This document shows, in pieces, positions 8,873-17,037 of a stretch of 64,000 nucleotides of DNA. The notes below the pieces were generated by a model, which was given only the letters and a program-made list of their open reading frames with translations, was not told where the DNA came from and made no database searches. The DNA lies in NCBI GenBank assembly GCA_049512055.1, contig JBEKXK010000003.1, positions 9,282 to 73,281 on the forward strand, read 5' to 3'. Position numbers and translations under genes: made by a program. This DNA comes from Syntrophales bacterium. Its GTDB lineage: Bacteria; Desulfobacterota; Syntrophia; Syntrophales; UBA2185. Each line of letters starts with the position of its first letter. Position 1 is the first letter of the stretch.

Positions 8873-10087
8873 ATGGTAGAATTCTTATGGGAAGCGGCGA
8901 CAAAAAAAGGTGAGTTAAAAAAGGGAGAGATGGCCGCCGCTGATGAAGGTGTGGTCAGGGGGTCCCTTCGTCGTCAGGGCTTCAAATCAATCACCGTAAA
9001 GAAAAAGCCAAAGGACCTGGCCGAATATTTGCGATTTGGCAAGCATAAGGTCAAAGAAAAGGAAATAGTCGTCTTTGCTCGAATATTTTCAACCATGATC
9101 AACGCCGGGCTACCCCTTATCCAATGTCTCGATCTGCTTGCCCAACAGGAAAAGAACAAGACCTTTGCTAAGATCATCACGTCTGTAAAGGAAGAGATTG
9201 AAGGTGGAGCGACTTTGCACGAAGCCTTGAGAAAGCACCCCAGGGTATTTGATGATCTTTTTGTCAATCTCGTTGCTGCTGGGGAGAGCGGCGGTACCCT
9301 TGACGTTATTCTTAACCGCCTTTCGACTTATATGGAAAAGGCGATGAAATTGAAAAGCAAGGTCAAGGGCGCTATGACTTACCCTGCCAGTGTGCTTGTC
9401 ATCTCCATAAGCGTCGTTACCATTCTATTGTGGAAGGTTATTCCCGTATTTGCGAAGATGTTTGAAGGCATGGGCGGTCAGCTGCCGGCACCCACGCAAT
9501 TTCTCATCAGCGCCAGCCAGTTCGTGCAAAGTTATTTTATTTTCATGATTGCTGGTATCGTGCTGGTCATATATGCCTTTCGAAGATATTACCGTACGGA
9601 AAATGGAAAACTTACAGTTGATGCCTTGACTTTGAAGGTGCCTGTATTCGGCCCGTTAATGAACAGGGTTGCGGTAGCGAAATTTACCAGAACCCTTGCA
9701 ACCATGTTAGGTAGCGGTGTTCCGATTCTCGAGGGACTGAGTATCGTCAGTAAAACTGCTGGAAACAAGATCGTTGAGAATGCTATAATCAAGACAAGAC
9801 AGAGTATCAGCGAAGGAAGGACCATCGCGGAACCACTTTCGGAAACCGGTATATTCCCGCCGATGGTTGTTCAGATGATCGCAGTTGGTGAGGCTACAGG
9901 CGCCCTCGATTTGATGCTTTCCAAAATTGCGGATTTTTACGACGATGAAGTGGATGCGGCTGTGGACGCCATGACATCACTCCTTGAACCTGTTATGATG
10001 GTTTTTCTTGGGGGAGTTGTCGGAGGGATGATCATTTGCATGTACCTGCCGATCTTTAAGATGGCTTCTGTCGTCGGTGGCGGCTAG
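8873..10087 (+). CDS. pilC: Type IV pilus platform protein PilC (GspF/T2SS-F family)
   Basis: 404 aa with two T2SSF repeats (…LVAAGESGGTLD…, …MIAVGEATGALD…) and three TM segments. Confidence 0.85.
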   Translation: MVEFLWEAATKKGELKKGEMAAADEGVVRGSLRRQGFKSITVKKKPKDLAEYLRFGKHKVKEKEIVVFARIFSTMINAGLPLIQCLDLLAQQEKNKTFAKIITSVKEEIEGGATLHEALRKHPRVFDDLFVNLVAAGESGGTLDVILNRLSTYMEKAMKLKSKVKGAMTYPASVLVISISVVTILLWKVIPVFAKMFEGMGGQLPAPTQFLISASQFVQSYFIFMIAGIVLVIYAFRRYYRTENGKLTVDALTLKVPVFGPLMNRVAVAKFTRTLATMLGSGVPILEGLSIVSKTAGNKIVENAIIKTRQSISEGRTIAEPLSETGIFPPMVVQMIAVGEATGALDLMLSKIADFYDDEVDAAVDAMTSLLEPVMMVFLGGVVGGMIICMYLPIFKMASVVGGG

Positions 10088-10155
10088 GGATATTGACAGG
10101 CCTTACGGGGCTAAGAAAGATTTACATTTTATGCCGCCTTCAGGCGGGAAAAGCA

Positions 10156-10232
10156 TGGTCGGGATGGCGCGATTTGAACGCGCGACTCCTGCGTCCCGAA
10201 CGCAGTGCCCTACCGGACTGGGCCACATCCCG
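10156..10232 (-). tRNA. tRNA-Pro (anticodon CGG)
   Basis: The minus-strand read CGGGATGTGGCCCAGTCCGGTAGGGCACTGCGTTCGGGACGCAGGAGTCGCGCGTTCAAATCGCGCCATCCCGACCA folds as a cloverleaf. The acceptor is CGGGATG/CATCCCG, the anticodon loop is TTCGGGA, and CCA is encoded. Confidence 0.9.
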
Positions 10233-10280
10233 ACATGATGTAACAATATTTTTGGAAGATATATAATTAAGCTCTAAATG

Positions 10281-10309
10281 TCCACATTATTTTTTTCCAT
10301 ATGTATAAT
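10281..10309 (+). promoter_or_regulatory. Putative sigma70-type promoter upstream of the DUF1178 gene
   Basis: TCCACA, a 17-nt spacer, then a perfect TATAAT at 10304-10309, which ends 15 nt before the ATG at 10325. Confidence 0.3.
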
Positions 10310-10324
10310 CGGGGGAAATAGCCC

Positions 10325-10741
10325 ATGATCATATACGATTTAAGATGTGAAAAGGGTCATAAATTCGAAGGATGGTTCAATGACAGGTGTGCATTTGAAA
10401 CGCAGCAGACACAAAAGCTGATAATTTGTCCTGCTTGTGGAAGTTCCGACGTTGAAATGGTGCCTTCCACAATCTCCATTATGGGAAAGGATATCAAGGA
10501 ATCTAACAGGAGGGATGCTGAAGAATCATCCTTGCCGAAGGCCTTAAAATTGTTTCAAGAATACCTCGACAAGAATTTCGAAGATGTCGGTAAGAAGTTT
10601 GCTGAAGTGGCCTTGAGGATTCATCATGGCGAGGAAGAAGGACGGAATATCAAAGGGATCACTACAGAGAACGAAGAAGAAACCTTAACGGAGGAAGGAG
10701 TTCAATTCCTCAAAATTCCTGTGCCCAAGTTTGACAGTTGA
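10325..10741 (+). CDS. DUF1178 family zinc-ribbon protein
   Basis: 138 aa, MIIYDLRCEKGHKFEGWF...CPACGSSDV, typical of the DUF1178 N-terminus. Confidence 0.6.
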   Translation: MIIYDLRCEKGHKFEGWFNDRCAFETQQTQKLIICPACGSSDVEMVPSTISIMGKDIKESNRRDAEESSLPKALKLFQEYLDKNFEDVGKKFAEVALRIHHGEEEGRNIKGITTENEEETLTEEGVQFLKIPVPKFDS

Positions 10742-10840
10742 AAGATCGAGAACCTTTTAATTCCTTGGACCATCACGGAGCCGTCATCTCTTACGTTTTG
10801 AATTCTGCCATATCTATCCATTTTTATCAGTAATTTCATC

Positions 10841-13150
10841 ATGAAAAGAATGTATAAGAGCATCATAGAAAGTATCGGAAATACGCCGCTGGTGGAAATC
10901 CGTAAGCTTAATCCCAGCAAGAAGGTTAGAATATATGCGAAGCTTGAATATTTTAACCCGGGAGGCTCCGTAAAGGACAGGATAGCCCTTTATATGGTAA
11001 ATGAAGCGGAAAAGAGGGGGGAACTGTCGGGCGATAAGATAATCCTTGAGGCCACGAGCGGCAATACCGGGATCGGTCTTGCACTTGTAGCTGCCGCCAA
11101 GGGATACAGATTATGTCTGGCGATGTCTGAATCTGCCAGTGAGGAAAGAAAGAGAATCCTTAAGGCCATGGGAGCTGAGGTATACTTGACTCCGGCAAGT
11201 CTCGGCACAGACGGCGCCATCGAAGTTGCATATAGCATGATGCTCAAGGACCCAGGAAAATATTTTGGCACCGACCAGTTTAATAATGCCGATAATACGC
11301 TGGCTCATTATCACGGCACTGGGGAAGAAATTTGGCAACAGACGAATGGGGCTGTGACGATGGTGGTGGCAACCTTGGGGACGACGGGCACTGCTATGGG
11401 TATTTCGAGACGACTCAAGGAATATAATCCTGAGATCAAGATAGTAGGCGTTGAACCTTACCTGCAGCATAAAATCCAGGGTCTGAAGAATATGAAGGAA
11501 TCTTACCGACCGGGCATCTATGACAAAAACCAATTGGATGAGAAGATAAATATCCTTGATGAAGATGCATTTGAAACAGCAAGGATGCTGGCCGGAGAGG
11601 AAGGTCTCTTTGTAGGGATGAGTTCAGGGGCTGCCATGTATGTAGCTATGCAGAAGGCAAGAGAAATGGAAGATGGGCTCATCGTTGTGATTTTTCCTGA
11701 CGGGGGAGAGCGATATCTGAGTACGGAACTCTTTGCCGATAAGAAACAATCTACCCTACGTCTCTACAACATATCGACGAGAGAAAAAGAGTTTTTCAAA
11801 CCAATCAATTCTGAAGAAATTCTGATGCATACGTGCGGGCCCACAGTTCATGAAGTTCCCCACGTGGGCAACTATCGGCGTTTTGTCGTTTCCGACCTGA
11901 TCCTGCGCTACCTCGAATTTAAAGGCTTTAAAGTCAGACACGTTATGAACATAATCGATTTGAACGACAGATCCATTAAGGAAGCCGAGCGGGCAAGCAT
12001 AGACTTGGATACGTATACAGAAAGATACACAAGCAAATTCTTCAACGATATAAAAATGTTAAATATCAAACAAGAGGAGGTCTATCCTCGGGCAAGTGAA
12101 AATGTCGAGGCCATGGTGAACCTAGTCGAAAAGCTCGTGGTGAGAGGGCACGCCTACGAAAAATTGAGGTCCGTCTACTTTGACATATCAAAAATAGACG
12201 ATTATGGTCGCCTGTCCAACATTGATCTGAAAAAAGTGAAACGCGGCAGGACTATTGAATCTGATGACTATGAAAAAGACAGTCCCGTGGATTTTACTCT
12301 CCTGAAAAGGTCTTCCCTAAATGAATTGAAGAGGGGGATCTATTTCAAGACCCGTTGGGGCAACGTGAGACCCAGCTGGCACCTTGAGTGTGCGGCAATT
12401 TCCCTTAAATATTTGGCAGACAATTTTGATATTCATGTGAGTGGAACCGACGTCATCTTTCCTCACAGTGAAAACGTCATGGCCATAGGGAGAGCTGCAA
12501 CCGGCAAACGGATGGCCAACTATTGGATCAATACGGAACTGGTCATGGTGGATGGCAAGAAAATGTCCCGTTCTTTAAACAATGTCAAGACAATAGAAGA
12601 TCTGGAGACAGTGGGATATGGCGGCCGACAAATCAGGTTCTTTCTGCTCGGCACTCACTACCGTAAGCCTCTAAATTTTTCCGCCGGTGCCTTAGAGACG
12701 GCGAGAAATACGGTCAAGAAGTTGGATAGATTTATTCAGCGCCTGATTCGTTATACCCCAGGTGAAGGATACCCTGACGCTGATCAACTTGTCTATGACA
12801 TCAAACAGAGATTCTCCAACGCCATGGATGATGATTTCAACATATCCGATACAATGGCCTCTCTTTTTGAATTTATAGGGAAGGTCAGTATTCCACTCTC
12901 TCTCGGGCAGTTGAGTGAAAGGGAAAAGGACAATGTGCTCGATGTCCTAAAGAGGATTGATGCTGTTCTCGGGGTCATGAATTTTGAGGAAGAGACATTG
13001 AACGACGATGCGCTTCGGCTTTTGGAAGAGAGAGCACACGCGAGAAGAATTGGTGATTGGAAGACTTCCGACGATATCAGAAAGAAGCTTCTTGGCATGG
13101 GAATTGAGATATCAGACACCGCCCACGGAGTGACGTGGAGATTAAAATAG
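10841..13150 (+). CDS. Fusion protein: PLP-dependent cysteine synthase (CysK/CysM-like, aa 1-300) joined to a divergent cysteinyl-tRNA synthetase-like module (aa ~306-769)
   Basis: One uninterrupted 769-aa ORF. The N-module has GGSVKDR (PLP Lys), TSGNTGIGLA, GTTGTAMG and SSGAAMY. The C-module is collinear with the canonical CysS at 55093..56574: LYN.T..KE.F.P, CGPTV, HVGN for HIGH, WHLEC, FDIH, FPHSEN, KMSRS, and a conserved C-terminal helix-bundle tail. Confidence 0.85.
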   Translation: MKRMYKSIIESIGNTPLVEIRKLNPSKKVRIYAKLEYFNPGGSVKDRIALYMVNEAEKRGELSGDKIILEATSGNTGIGLALVAAAKGYRLCLAMSESASEERKRILKAMGAEVYLTPASLGTDGAIEVAYSMMLKDPGKYFGTDQFNNADNTLAHYHGTGEEIWQQTNGAVTMVVATLGTTGTAMGISRRLKEYNPEIKIVGVEPYLQHKIQGLKNMKESYRPGIYDKNQLDEKINILDEDAFETARMLAGEEGLFVGMSSGAAMYVAMQKAREMEDGLIVVIFPDGGERYLSTELFADKKQSTLRLYNISTREKEFFKPINSEEILMHTCGPTVHEVPHVGNYRRFVVSDLILRYLEFKGFKVRHVMNIIDLNDRSIKEAERASIDLDTYTERYTSKFFNDIKMLNIKQEEVYPRASENVEAMVNLVEKLVVRGHAYEKLRSVYFDISKIDDYGRLSNIDLKKVKRGRTIESDDYEKDSPVDFTLLKRSSLNELKRGIYFKTRWGNVRPSWHLECAAISLKYLADNFDIHVSGTDVIFPHSENVMAIGRAATGKRMANYWINTELVMVDGKKMSRSLNNVKTIEDLETVGYGGRQIRFFLLGTHYRKPLNFSAGALETARNTVKKLDRFIQRLIRYTPGEGYPDADQLVYDIKQRFSNAMDDDFNISDTMASLFEFIGKVSIPLSLGQLSEREKDNVLDVLKRIDAVLGVMNFEEETLNDDALRLLEERAHARRIGDWKTSDDIRKKLLGMGIEISDTAHGVTWRLK

Positions 13151-13241
13151 TTATTGGGGTTGCGTGAAGCGAATAAAGTGAATATATTATTCGACTGATA
13201 TTTGCCTTCAATTGCTTGCTGACCTGAATGAATGAAAAGAT

Positions 13242-14081
13242 ATGATGGATAAGGAAATCAGAAAGTCAGTTATTGCAGGTACTTGGTATCCTGGCAGTCC
13301 CAAAGTTTTGCGGGCAGATATAGTAGACTTTTTTCAAAACGCACCTGATGTAATGATTGACGGCATTATCAGAGGCCTGATCGTTCCCCATGCGGGATAT
13401 ATCTATTCAGGCCAGATTGCCGCAATAGCTTATAAAATCATTAAGAAAAAAACCTTTGATGCCGTCTTGGTTTTGGGCCCGAGCCACAGGGCATTTTTCC
13501 AGGGTGTTTCCATATATAATAGAGGCGGATATGAAACCCCCTTAGGCGTGGTACCCGTGGATGTGACCTTGGCAAATGATATAATGGCCCAAAGCGAAAC
13601 GATATCCTACATACCGGCTGCTCATTCTCAGGAGCATTCAGTCGAAATTCAACTCCCTTTTCTTCAAGTCGCACTCGGAGAATTTAGCTTTGTTCCGCTT
13701 GTCATGGGGGAGCAAGACCGCGAGACATGCGAAAAACTCGCTGAGAGTATAGTGAATGCGATAAATGGTAGGAATGTCTTGATCGTGGGAAGTACTGATC
13801 TCTCACATTTCCACTCTTATGAGCAGGCTGTGAAACTTGATTCGGTGGTGATCAAACGTATAGAAGAAATGGACGGCGGGGGCCTCTTGCAAGATTTGGA
13901 AAAAAATCTAGGTGAGGCCTGCGGCGGAGGGCCAGCAGCCGTGACCATGATGGTTTCAAAAAAATTGGGTGCAGATAGGGTGAAGTTGCTGAAATACGCC
14001 AATTCGGGAGATGTGACGGGAGATAAAAGAAGCGTTGTTGGTTATGCTTCCGCTATTTTTTATAAGGGCCGGGATTCTTAG
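13242..14081 (+). CDS. Memo-like protein (AmmeMemoRadiSam system protein B)
   Basis: 279 aa with AGTWYPG, VPHAGYIYSG, GPSH, HSVEIQLPFL and GSTDLSH motifs of the MEMO1 family. Confidence 0.8.
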   Translation: MMDKEIRKSVIAGTWYPGSPKVLRADIVDFFQNAPDVMIDGIIRGLIVPHAGYIYSGQIAAIAYKIIKKKTFDAVLVLGPSHRAFFQGVSIYNRGGYETPLGVVPVDVTLANDIMAQSETISYIPAAHSQEHSVEIQLPFLQVALGEFSFVPLVMGEQDRETCEKLAESIVNAINGRNVLIVGSTDLSHFHSYEQAVKLDSVVIKRIEEMDGGGLLQDLEKNLGEACGGGPAAVTMMVSKKLGADRVKLLKYANSGDVTGDKRSVVGYASAIFYKGRDS

Positions 14082-14287
14082 CTTTGAAGAAAGCTTAGGT
14101 TTCTGCATATGCAGTTCATAGCGCCTGAGTTGCTTTAATATTCTGCTGTGTGAATAAACAGACCCGAATGGGGCACACATGGACAGATCATAGATTAAAA
14201 TAATGAATTAGTCACTTACACCCCCTTACTTGAAAGCTATAATAAGTGTTCCGACGCATATTATTGAGATGTTGGTGAGGTATCATT

Positions 14288-14833
14288 ATGGCGCTGACAG
14301 ACATGGAAAGAAGGGCGCTTCTTGATGTCGTAAGAAAAACGATAGAGGCCAGACTAACAGGTGGGTCTCTCCCGGAGCTTCAACTGCCCTCGAAAGTCCT
14401 TAAAGAAAAAAAGGGAGCATTTGTAACCCTTAAAAAGCACAGTCATCTCAGAGGTTGCATCGGTTATATCGAGGCGAGAAAACCGCTTTACAATACCGTG
14501 GGAGAAATGGCTTTGGCCGCTGCCTTTGATGATCCACGTTTTCCTCCTCTAAAGCCGGACGAGCTGAAGGACATAACTGTCGAGATATCCGTGTTAAGCC
14601 CGCTCAAAGAGGTTAAGAACATAGATGAAATAGAAGTGGGCATCCACGGCCTTTACATTACTAAGGGGTTTCATTCCGGCCTGTTACTGCCGCAAGTGGC
14701 GACGGAATATGATTGGGATAGCTTGACATTTGTTCAGGAAACCTGTTACAAAGCCGGCCTTCAACGCGATGCGTGGAAAGATAAGGATGCCAAAATTTAT
14801 AAATTTTCTGCTGAGATATTTGGCGAGCACTGA
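14288..14833 (+). CDS. AMMECR1 domain protein (AmmeMemoRadiSam system protein A)
   Basis: 181 aa with GAFVTLKK...LRGCIGYIE, DPRFPPL and GLLLPQVA motifs. Confidence 0.82.
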   Translation: MALTDMERRALLDVVRKTIEARLTGGSLPELQLPSKVLKEKKGAFVTLKKHSHLRGCIGYIEARKPLYNTVGEMALAAAFDDPRFPPLKPDELKDITVEISVLSPLKEVKNIDEIEVGIHGLYITKGFHSGLLLPQVATEYDWDSLTFVQETCYKAGLQRDAWKDKDAKIYKFSAEIFGEH

Positions 14834-15240
14834 TTGACCGTCTAGAAGGAAGCCGCAAACCGGTCTGGATACTGACGGCAAGAAACGTTCGAATGAGATG
14901 TTGGTTGCAGCTACACATTACCGGCAAAAAAGAAAAGATCACATAGGAGCCCTCGCCCCCTCCCAAGCAGGGGGATCACTGAGTCGCATCCGGGCGGGGG
15001 ACTGCTGCTCACGTTAATAGATGTCGAAGTGGCCGGAGATGCTTTGACATGTGAAATGTTGATACGCAAGGAAGTCATCCTCTGCTGATCTTGAAATTAC
15101 GGGCTGATATTTAACCTTCTATAAAATGAACGTTTATGCAACGTATTTATCAATACTCAAAATCTCTTCTCCACAGTATTTTCTTATATATGCTGAGCCT
15201 GTATGCAAATCTCTCAGCACAACAGTACGAAAAATAATTG

Positions 15241-15269
15241 TTGACAAATTTTGATTATGGAATTACCAT
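15241..15269 (+). promoter_or_regulatory. Putative promoter for the tRNA/rpmG/secE-nusG transcription unit
   Basis: Perfect TTGACA (15241-15246), a 17-nt spacer and TACCAT. An A/T-rich tract lies upstream. The element ends about 80 nt before the first tRNA. Confidence 0.3.
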
Positions 15270-15349
15270 TAGAGGCTTTTGTTTTTGGGAAAATTTAACC
15301 GCTCTTTTGTAGGATGTAAGTAAAGTTTTCCGTTCTGGTTAGTAAGTCG

Positions 15350-15425
15350 GCTGGCGTAGCTCAACAGGTAGAGCAGCTGATTTGTAATCAGCAGGTTGCG
15401 GGTTCGAGTCCCATCGCCAGCTCCA
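15350..15425 (+). tRNA. tRNA-Thr (anticodon UGU)
   Basis: GCTGGCGTAGCTCAACAGGTAGAGCAGCTGATTTGTAATCAGCAGGTTGCGGGTTCGAGTCCCATCGCCAGCTCCA. The anticodon loop is TTTGTAA and CCA is encoded. Confidence 0.92.
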
Positions 15426-15443
15426 GCTTTTGGTGATATAACT

Positions 15444-15525
<82 letters not shown>

Positions 15526-15592
15526 TCAGAGAAATGAATTGGACAGGAACCTTTGCGGGATGGACTTCAAGGTGCACTTCAATATTTTGAGA

Positions 15593-15668
15593 GCGGGAGT
15601 AGCTCAGGGGCTAGAGCGTCAGCCTTCCAAGCTGAGGGTCGCGGGTTCGAATCCCGTTTCCCGCTCCA
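15593..15668 (+). tRNA. tRNA-Gly (anticodon UCC)
   Basis: GCGGGAGTAGCTCAGGGGCTAGAGCGTCAGCCTTCCAAGCTGAGGGTCGCGGGTTCGAATCCCGTTTCCCGCTCCA. The anticodon loop is CTTCCAA. Confidence 0.92.
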
Positions 15669-15767
15669 TTTTATATTTTTTCTTGGCCAGCTTTTTTTGA
15701 AAATGTGTTTTGATGTGCTGATTATATGGGGTGCATGGAATAAGGAGTCCTCTTGATGAATTCGTTA

Positions 15768-15843
15768 GCCCACGTAGCTCAGTCGGTAGAGCACATCCTT
15801 GGTAAGGATGAGGTCACCAGTTCAATCCTGGTCGTGGGCTCCA
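15768..15843 (+). tRNA. tRNA-Thr (anticodon GGU)
   Basis: GCCCACGTAGCTCAGTCGGTAGAGCACATCCTTGGTAAGGATGAGGTCACCAGTTCAATCCTGGTCGTGGGCTCCA. The anticodon loop is TTGGTAA. Confidence 0.92.
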
Positions 15844-15865
15844 TTACGGTAAAAGTAGGTTAATT

Positions 15866-16015
15866 ATGAGAAATATTATTACCTTGGCCTGTACAGATTG
15901 TAAGCAGAGAAATTATACGACGACGAAAAATAAGCGAACCATGCAGAATCGACTTGAGTTAATGAAGTATTGTAAATTCTGTCGATCTCACAAGCTTCAC
16001 AGGGAAACTAAGTAA
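15866..16015 (+). CDS. rpmG: 50S ribosomal protein L33 (zinc-binding form)
   Basis: Below the ORF-track size cutoff. My translation is [49 protein letters not shown] (49 aa). Confidence 0.92.
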   Translation: MRNIITLACTDCKQRNYTTTKNKRTMQNRLELMKYCKFCRSHKLHRETK

Positions 16016-16050
16016 ATTTCCTTTATCAGGGAATATGCAGCAGAATGAAC

Positions 16051-16127
16051 AGGCCAGTAGCTCTAATGGATAGAGCGCCGGACTCCAAATCCGGATGCTG
16101 GGGGTTCAAGTCCCTCCTGGCCTGCCA
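16051..16127 (+). tRNA. tRNA-Trp (anticodon CCA)
   Basis: AGGCCAGTAGCTCTAATGGATAGAGCGCCGGACTCCAAATCCGGATGCTGGGGGTTCAAGTCCCTCCTGGCCTGCCA. It sits in the classic position between rpmG and secE. Confidence 0.92.
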
Positions 16128-16252
16128 TTTTGTTTCAACGAAATTTGGCCTTTAATATTTGGAGTGACGCGAAGAAAAGATATGATCAAACTGACCGTGA
16201 GTGAGTGAAACGGGGCGAAAGGCGTGAGCTTTGATCTTAAGGGATTGTACTG

Positions 16253-16456
16253 ATGAATAAGGTGAGAATAATAGCTGAAAAAATACTACGGTTTTTAAAA
16301 GAAGCAAAGATTGAATTAAAAAAGGTGACATGGCCGACTCCCAGGCAGACCCTTGCCTCCACTTCTGTGGTGATAATTGTGGTGATAATTGTGTCTATAT
16401 TTCTAGGTATTGTGGATTTGGGGTTGGCTAAGGCAATAAGGATGGTTTTGGGTTAG
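16253..16456 (+). CDS. secE: Preprotein translocase subunit SecE
   Basis: 67 aa with KEAKIELKKVTWPTPRQT followed by a single TM segment. It lies directly upstream of nusG. Confidence 0.9.
   Translation: MNKVRIIAEKILRFLKEAKIELKKVTWPTPRQTLASTSVVIIVVIIVSIFLGIVDLGLAKAIRMVLG
16367..16393 (+). repeat. Tandem 12-nt direct repeat (GTGGTGATAATT x2 plus a partial copy) inside secE
   Basis: Read directly: gtggtgataatt gtggtgataatt gtg. It encodes VVIIVVIIV within the TM helix. Confidence 0.9.
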
Positions 16457-16461
16457 AGTCT

Positions 16462-16992
16462 ATGGCGTTCAAATGGTATGTCGTTCATACATATTCCGGC
16501 TTTGAGAACAGGGTAAAAACCTCTCTGCAGGAAAGAATTGAAGCAGCAGGAATGCAGGAGCACTTTTCGGATATCCTTATTCCGGAAGAAGATATCGTAG
16601 AACTGGTGTCAGGAGAGAGGAAGACGTCGAAAAGGAAGTTTTTCCCCGGGTACATCCTCGTCAAGATGGAGATGAATGACGAAACGTGGCACCTTGTCAA
16701 AGGGACACCCAAAGTGACGGGGTTTATTGGGGGTAAGGAGAAACCATCGCCAATCCCTGATAAGGATGTGGATAACCTCAAGACCAGGATAAATGAAGGA
16801 ACCTTAAAGCCAAAACCAAAATTCAGGTTTGAGGTCGGCGATCACGTCAGGATAATTGATGGTCCATTTACGAACTTTGACGGGGTTGTCGATGAGGTCA
16901 AACCGGAGAAGGGAAAGTTAAGGGTCATCGTCAGCATATTTGGCAGGTCGACGCCGGTTGAACTGGATTTTATCCAGGTTGTTCAGCATTGA
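16462..16992 (+). CDS. nusG: Transcription termination/antitermination factor NusG
   Basis: 176 aa with the WYVVHTYSGFE NGN domain and the KOW motif GDHVRIIDGPFTNFDGVV. Confidence 0.95.
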   Translation: MAFKWYVVHTYSGFENRVKTSLQERIEAAGMQEHFSDILIPEEDIVELVSGERKTSKRKFFPGYILVKMEMNDETWHLVKGTPKVTGFIGGKEKPSPIPDKDVDNLKTRINEGTLKPKPKFRFEVGDHVRIIDGPFTNFDGVVDEVKPEKGKLRVIVSIFGRSTPVELDFIQVVQH

Positions 16993-17037
16993 CAATAGGG
17001 ATAGGTTACTAACAACAACACAATTAGGGTGGTCATA

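Noticed and set aside
10134-10147. CCGCC-ttca-GGCGG hairpin between convergent pilC and tRNA-Pro as an intrinsic terminator
   Set aside because: The stem is only 5 bp and there is no U-tract on either strand, which is too weak to call.
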